Position numbers and translations under genes: made by a program. The notes under the pieces were generated by a model. It saw only the letters and a list, made by a program, of their open reading frames with translations. It made no database searches and had not been told where the DNA came from. From assembly GCA_017626365.1 (NCBI GenBank), contig JAGAIV010000036.1, forward strand, positions 31,104 to 95,103: DNA of 64,000 nt. Direction: 5' to 3'. The number at the start of each line of letters is the position of its first letter. Within the stretch, counting starts at the first letter, position 1. The stretch comes from Clostridia bacterium (GTDB lineage Bacteria > Bacillota > Clostridia > TANB77 > CAG-508). Positions 61,751 to 64,000 of this stretch are shown here, piece by piece.

Positions 61751-63502
61751 TTATTCTTTTATATCCAACTTAATATGCACATCTCGAAGTTGAGCATTGC
61801 TTACCTTCGAAGGAGCTCCCATCATTAAGTCTTGTGCTTTGCTGTTTAGTGGAAAAGCGATGACTTCACGAATGGTTTCTTCACCGGTTAAAAGCATAAT
61901 CATACGATCTACACCTGGTGCAATACCTGCATGTGGAGGAGCACCATATTGAAATGCTGTATAAAGGGCACCAAATTTTTCTTGTAATTGTTCTTTTGTG
62001 TATCCTCCAAGTTCAAATGCTTTTTCCATAATAGCGATATCGTGATTACGAACAGCTCCTGAAGAAAGTTCGATACCATTACATACAATATCATATTGAT
62101 ATGCTAAAATATCTAATGGGTCTTGTTCTTCTAAAGCTTTTAGACCACCTTGTGGCATAGAGAATGGGTTATGGCTAAATTCAAGTTTTCCTTCATCATT
62201 TAATTCATACATTGGAAAATCGATAATCCAGCAGAAGCAGAATTTATCTTCTTTTATTAAACCTAAACGTTTTCCAAGTTCGGTACGAATTTGCCCTGCA
62301 AAAGAATTTGCTCTTGCTTCGGTATCAGCAATAAAGAAAATGGTATCATTTACTTTTAAATCTGCAAGATCTAGTAATTCTTTTTTCATATCATCTGGAA
62401 TGAACTTATCAATTGGGCCTTTATAAGATAAATCTTCTTGTACTTCTAAATAACCAAGACCACCCATACCAATTGATGTTGCAAAAGAAAGCATTTTTTC
62501 ATGGAATCCTTTTGATTGATGACCTTCTATTTTAATAGCGCGTACTGTTTTATTATGGAATGGTTTAAAAGTACATCTTGCAAAAAATTCTGTTACATCT
62601 ATTATAATAAGAGGGTTTCTTAAATCTGGTTTATCGCTACCATATTTTAACATAGCATCTTTGTAAGTAATTCTTGGGAAAGGATATGCTTCAATTTCCT
62701 TATTAGAAAATGTTTTAAAAGTATTATACATAACTGGCTCCATAACACGAAATACATCTTCTTGTGTTGCAAAGCTCATTTCCATATCTAGCTGATAGAA
62801 CTCTCCAGGTGCACGGTCCGCTCTTGCATCTTCATCTCGAAAACATGGTGCAATTTGAAAATATTTATCAATTCCAGAAACCATTAGCAATTGTTTGAAT
62901 TGCTGTGGAGCTTGTGGAAGTGCATAAAATTTTCCAGGATGAACCCTACTTGGTACAAGATAATCTCTTGCTCCTTCAGGAGAAGAACTTGTAAGAACTG
63001 GAGTTTGAACTTCTAAAAACCCTTGTTCAATCATTTGAGAACGTAAGTATTGTAATACTTTTGCTCTTAATATTAAGTTATTTCTTAATTTTTCATTTCT
63101 TAAATCTAAATAACGATATTGTAATCTTAAATCTTCACGAACATCTTGATTTTGATTTACTTCAAAAGGAAGATACTTGGTTCTTTTTCCTAAAATCTCA
63201 ATTGTTTCAATAAATACTTCTACTTCACCAGTTTCAATATTAGGATTGTAAGTTTCTTCATCTCTTTTTCTAACTTTTCCAGATAAAGTAATAGTAGATT
63301 CAATTGGAATACGACTTGCAAAGTCTACTAATTCGTCATTACCAGAAATAACAGCTTGTGTAACCCCATATTGGTCTCTTACATCAAGAAAAACAACACC
63401 TCCTAAATCACGAATTGTTTGAATCCATCCAGCAATACGTACTTCTTTTCCAACATCACTAAGTCTTAATTCTCCACAATTATGAGTTCTGTACTCATTC
63501 AT
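61751..63502 (-). CDS. aspS: Aspartyl-tRNA synthetase
   Basis: 583 aa with class II aaRS motifs and an N-terminal OB fold. Confidence 0.9.
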   Translation of the reverse strand: MNEYRTHNCGELRLSDVGKEVRIAGWIQTIRDLGGVVFLDVRDQYGVTQAVISGNDELVDFASRIPIESTITLSGKVRKRDEETYNPNIETGEVEVFIETIEILGKRTKYLPFEVNQNQDVREDLRLQYRYLDLRNEKLRNNLILRAKVLQYLRSQMIEQGFLEVQTPVLTSSSPEGARDYLVPSRVHPGKFYALPQAPQQFKQLLMVSGIDKYFQIAPCFRDEDARADRAPGEFYQLDMEMSFATQEDVFRVMEPVMYNTFKTFSNKEIEAYPFPRITYKDAMLKYGSDKPDLRNPLIIIDVTEFFARCTFKPFHNKTVRAIKIEGHQSKGFHEKMLSFATSIGMGGLGYLEVQEDLSYKGPIDKFIPDDMKKELLDLADLKVNDTIFFIADTEARANSFAGQIRTELGKRLGLIKEDKFCFCWIIDFPMYELNDEGKLEFSHNPFSMPQGGLKALEEQDPLDILAYQYDIVCNGIELSSGAVRNHDIAIMEKAFELGGYTKEQLQEKFGALYTAFQYGAPPHAGIAPGVDRMIMLLTGEETIREVIAFPLNSKAQDLMMGAPSKVSNAQLRDVHIKLDIKE

Positions 63503-63509
63503 TTTAAAT

Positions 63510-63790
63510 TCCTCCTATCTATAAATTAGTAGCAAAAAACAAAAAAACTTTCATCTTCTGCTATATATGCAGGGACGAAAGTTTCAATTTCCGCGGTACC
63601 ACCCAGCTTAAAAAACTTCTATTATAATAAGAAGCCTTTTCACCTTATTTAAAATTTGCTCCAATGTGTTATTCCACTAGGTTATCTAAAAGGATCTCAG
63701 CTTAAAACCTTTTTCTCTGTATAGTTACTTCTAATGGCTCGTCATCTTCATAGCAATTATATTCTTATTTTAATAAATACTATTTTACAA
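63510..63790 (-). promoter_or_regulatory. T-box leader of aspS
   Basis: The reverse complement of 63591..63608 is agctgggtggtaccgcgg, the T-box AGGGTGGNACCGCG core. A terminator hairpin with a T-run lies before the RBS. The stem I region has AGAGA and a GAC specifier candidate. Confidence 0.75.
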
Positions 63791-64000
63791 AGTATAACCG
63801 AAAAAGTCAATACTTATGCGAAAAAATATTTAAAGATAAGAAAAAATTACCAAGAAAAAACTATTGACATAATCAGTATAAAATGATAAGATAGTATTAC
63901 ACGAATGATTTACTTAAAAGAAAACATATTTTTAAGTATAAATTAGTAAAGAACAAAACATAATGAAAAGAGCAGCTACTAGTTTTTTATTTTGCCCTTT

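Overview
This is a 64 kb chromosomal segment from a low-GC, spore-forming Firmicute. It carries spoIIE, spoVD and spoVB-like genes, Clostridial-style promoters, and a (T/S)PxTG-like sorting signal with a class-B-like sortase. Genes are dense and mostly housekeeping: suf Fe-S assembly, dapF/dapL, a 4-subunit 2-oxoacid:ferredoxin oxidoreductase, two two-component systems, two ABC exporter pairs, adhE, and aspS with a T-box. A large 5'-partial sortase-anchored adhesin is also present. I found no prophage, transposase, CRISPR array, rRNA or tRNA. The striking observations are all at sequence level. (1) Three conserved genes (porB, an ABC exporter, sufS) are each interrupted by a +1 frameshift at the same coding-strand context NCA-CGG. 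In all three the +1 frame supplies the glycine codon the protein needs, and I found no other in-frame CGG codon in any well-supported gene. (2) There are at least four families of small GC-rich palindromic intergenic elements. One pair sits between a response regulator and its kinase. One family of about 85 nt lies upstream of dapL and of a COG2426 membrane-protein gene in the same relative orientation. Several additions to the ORF track are supported: a 58-aa ferredoxin, a 56-aa peptide ahead of the sortase, a 30-aa peptide, and a promoter-plus-terminator sRNA candidate. Coordinates of non-coding elements are hand-derived and may be off by a nucleotide or two.
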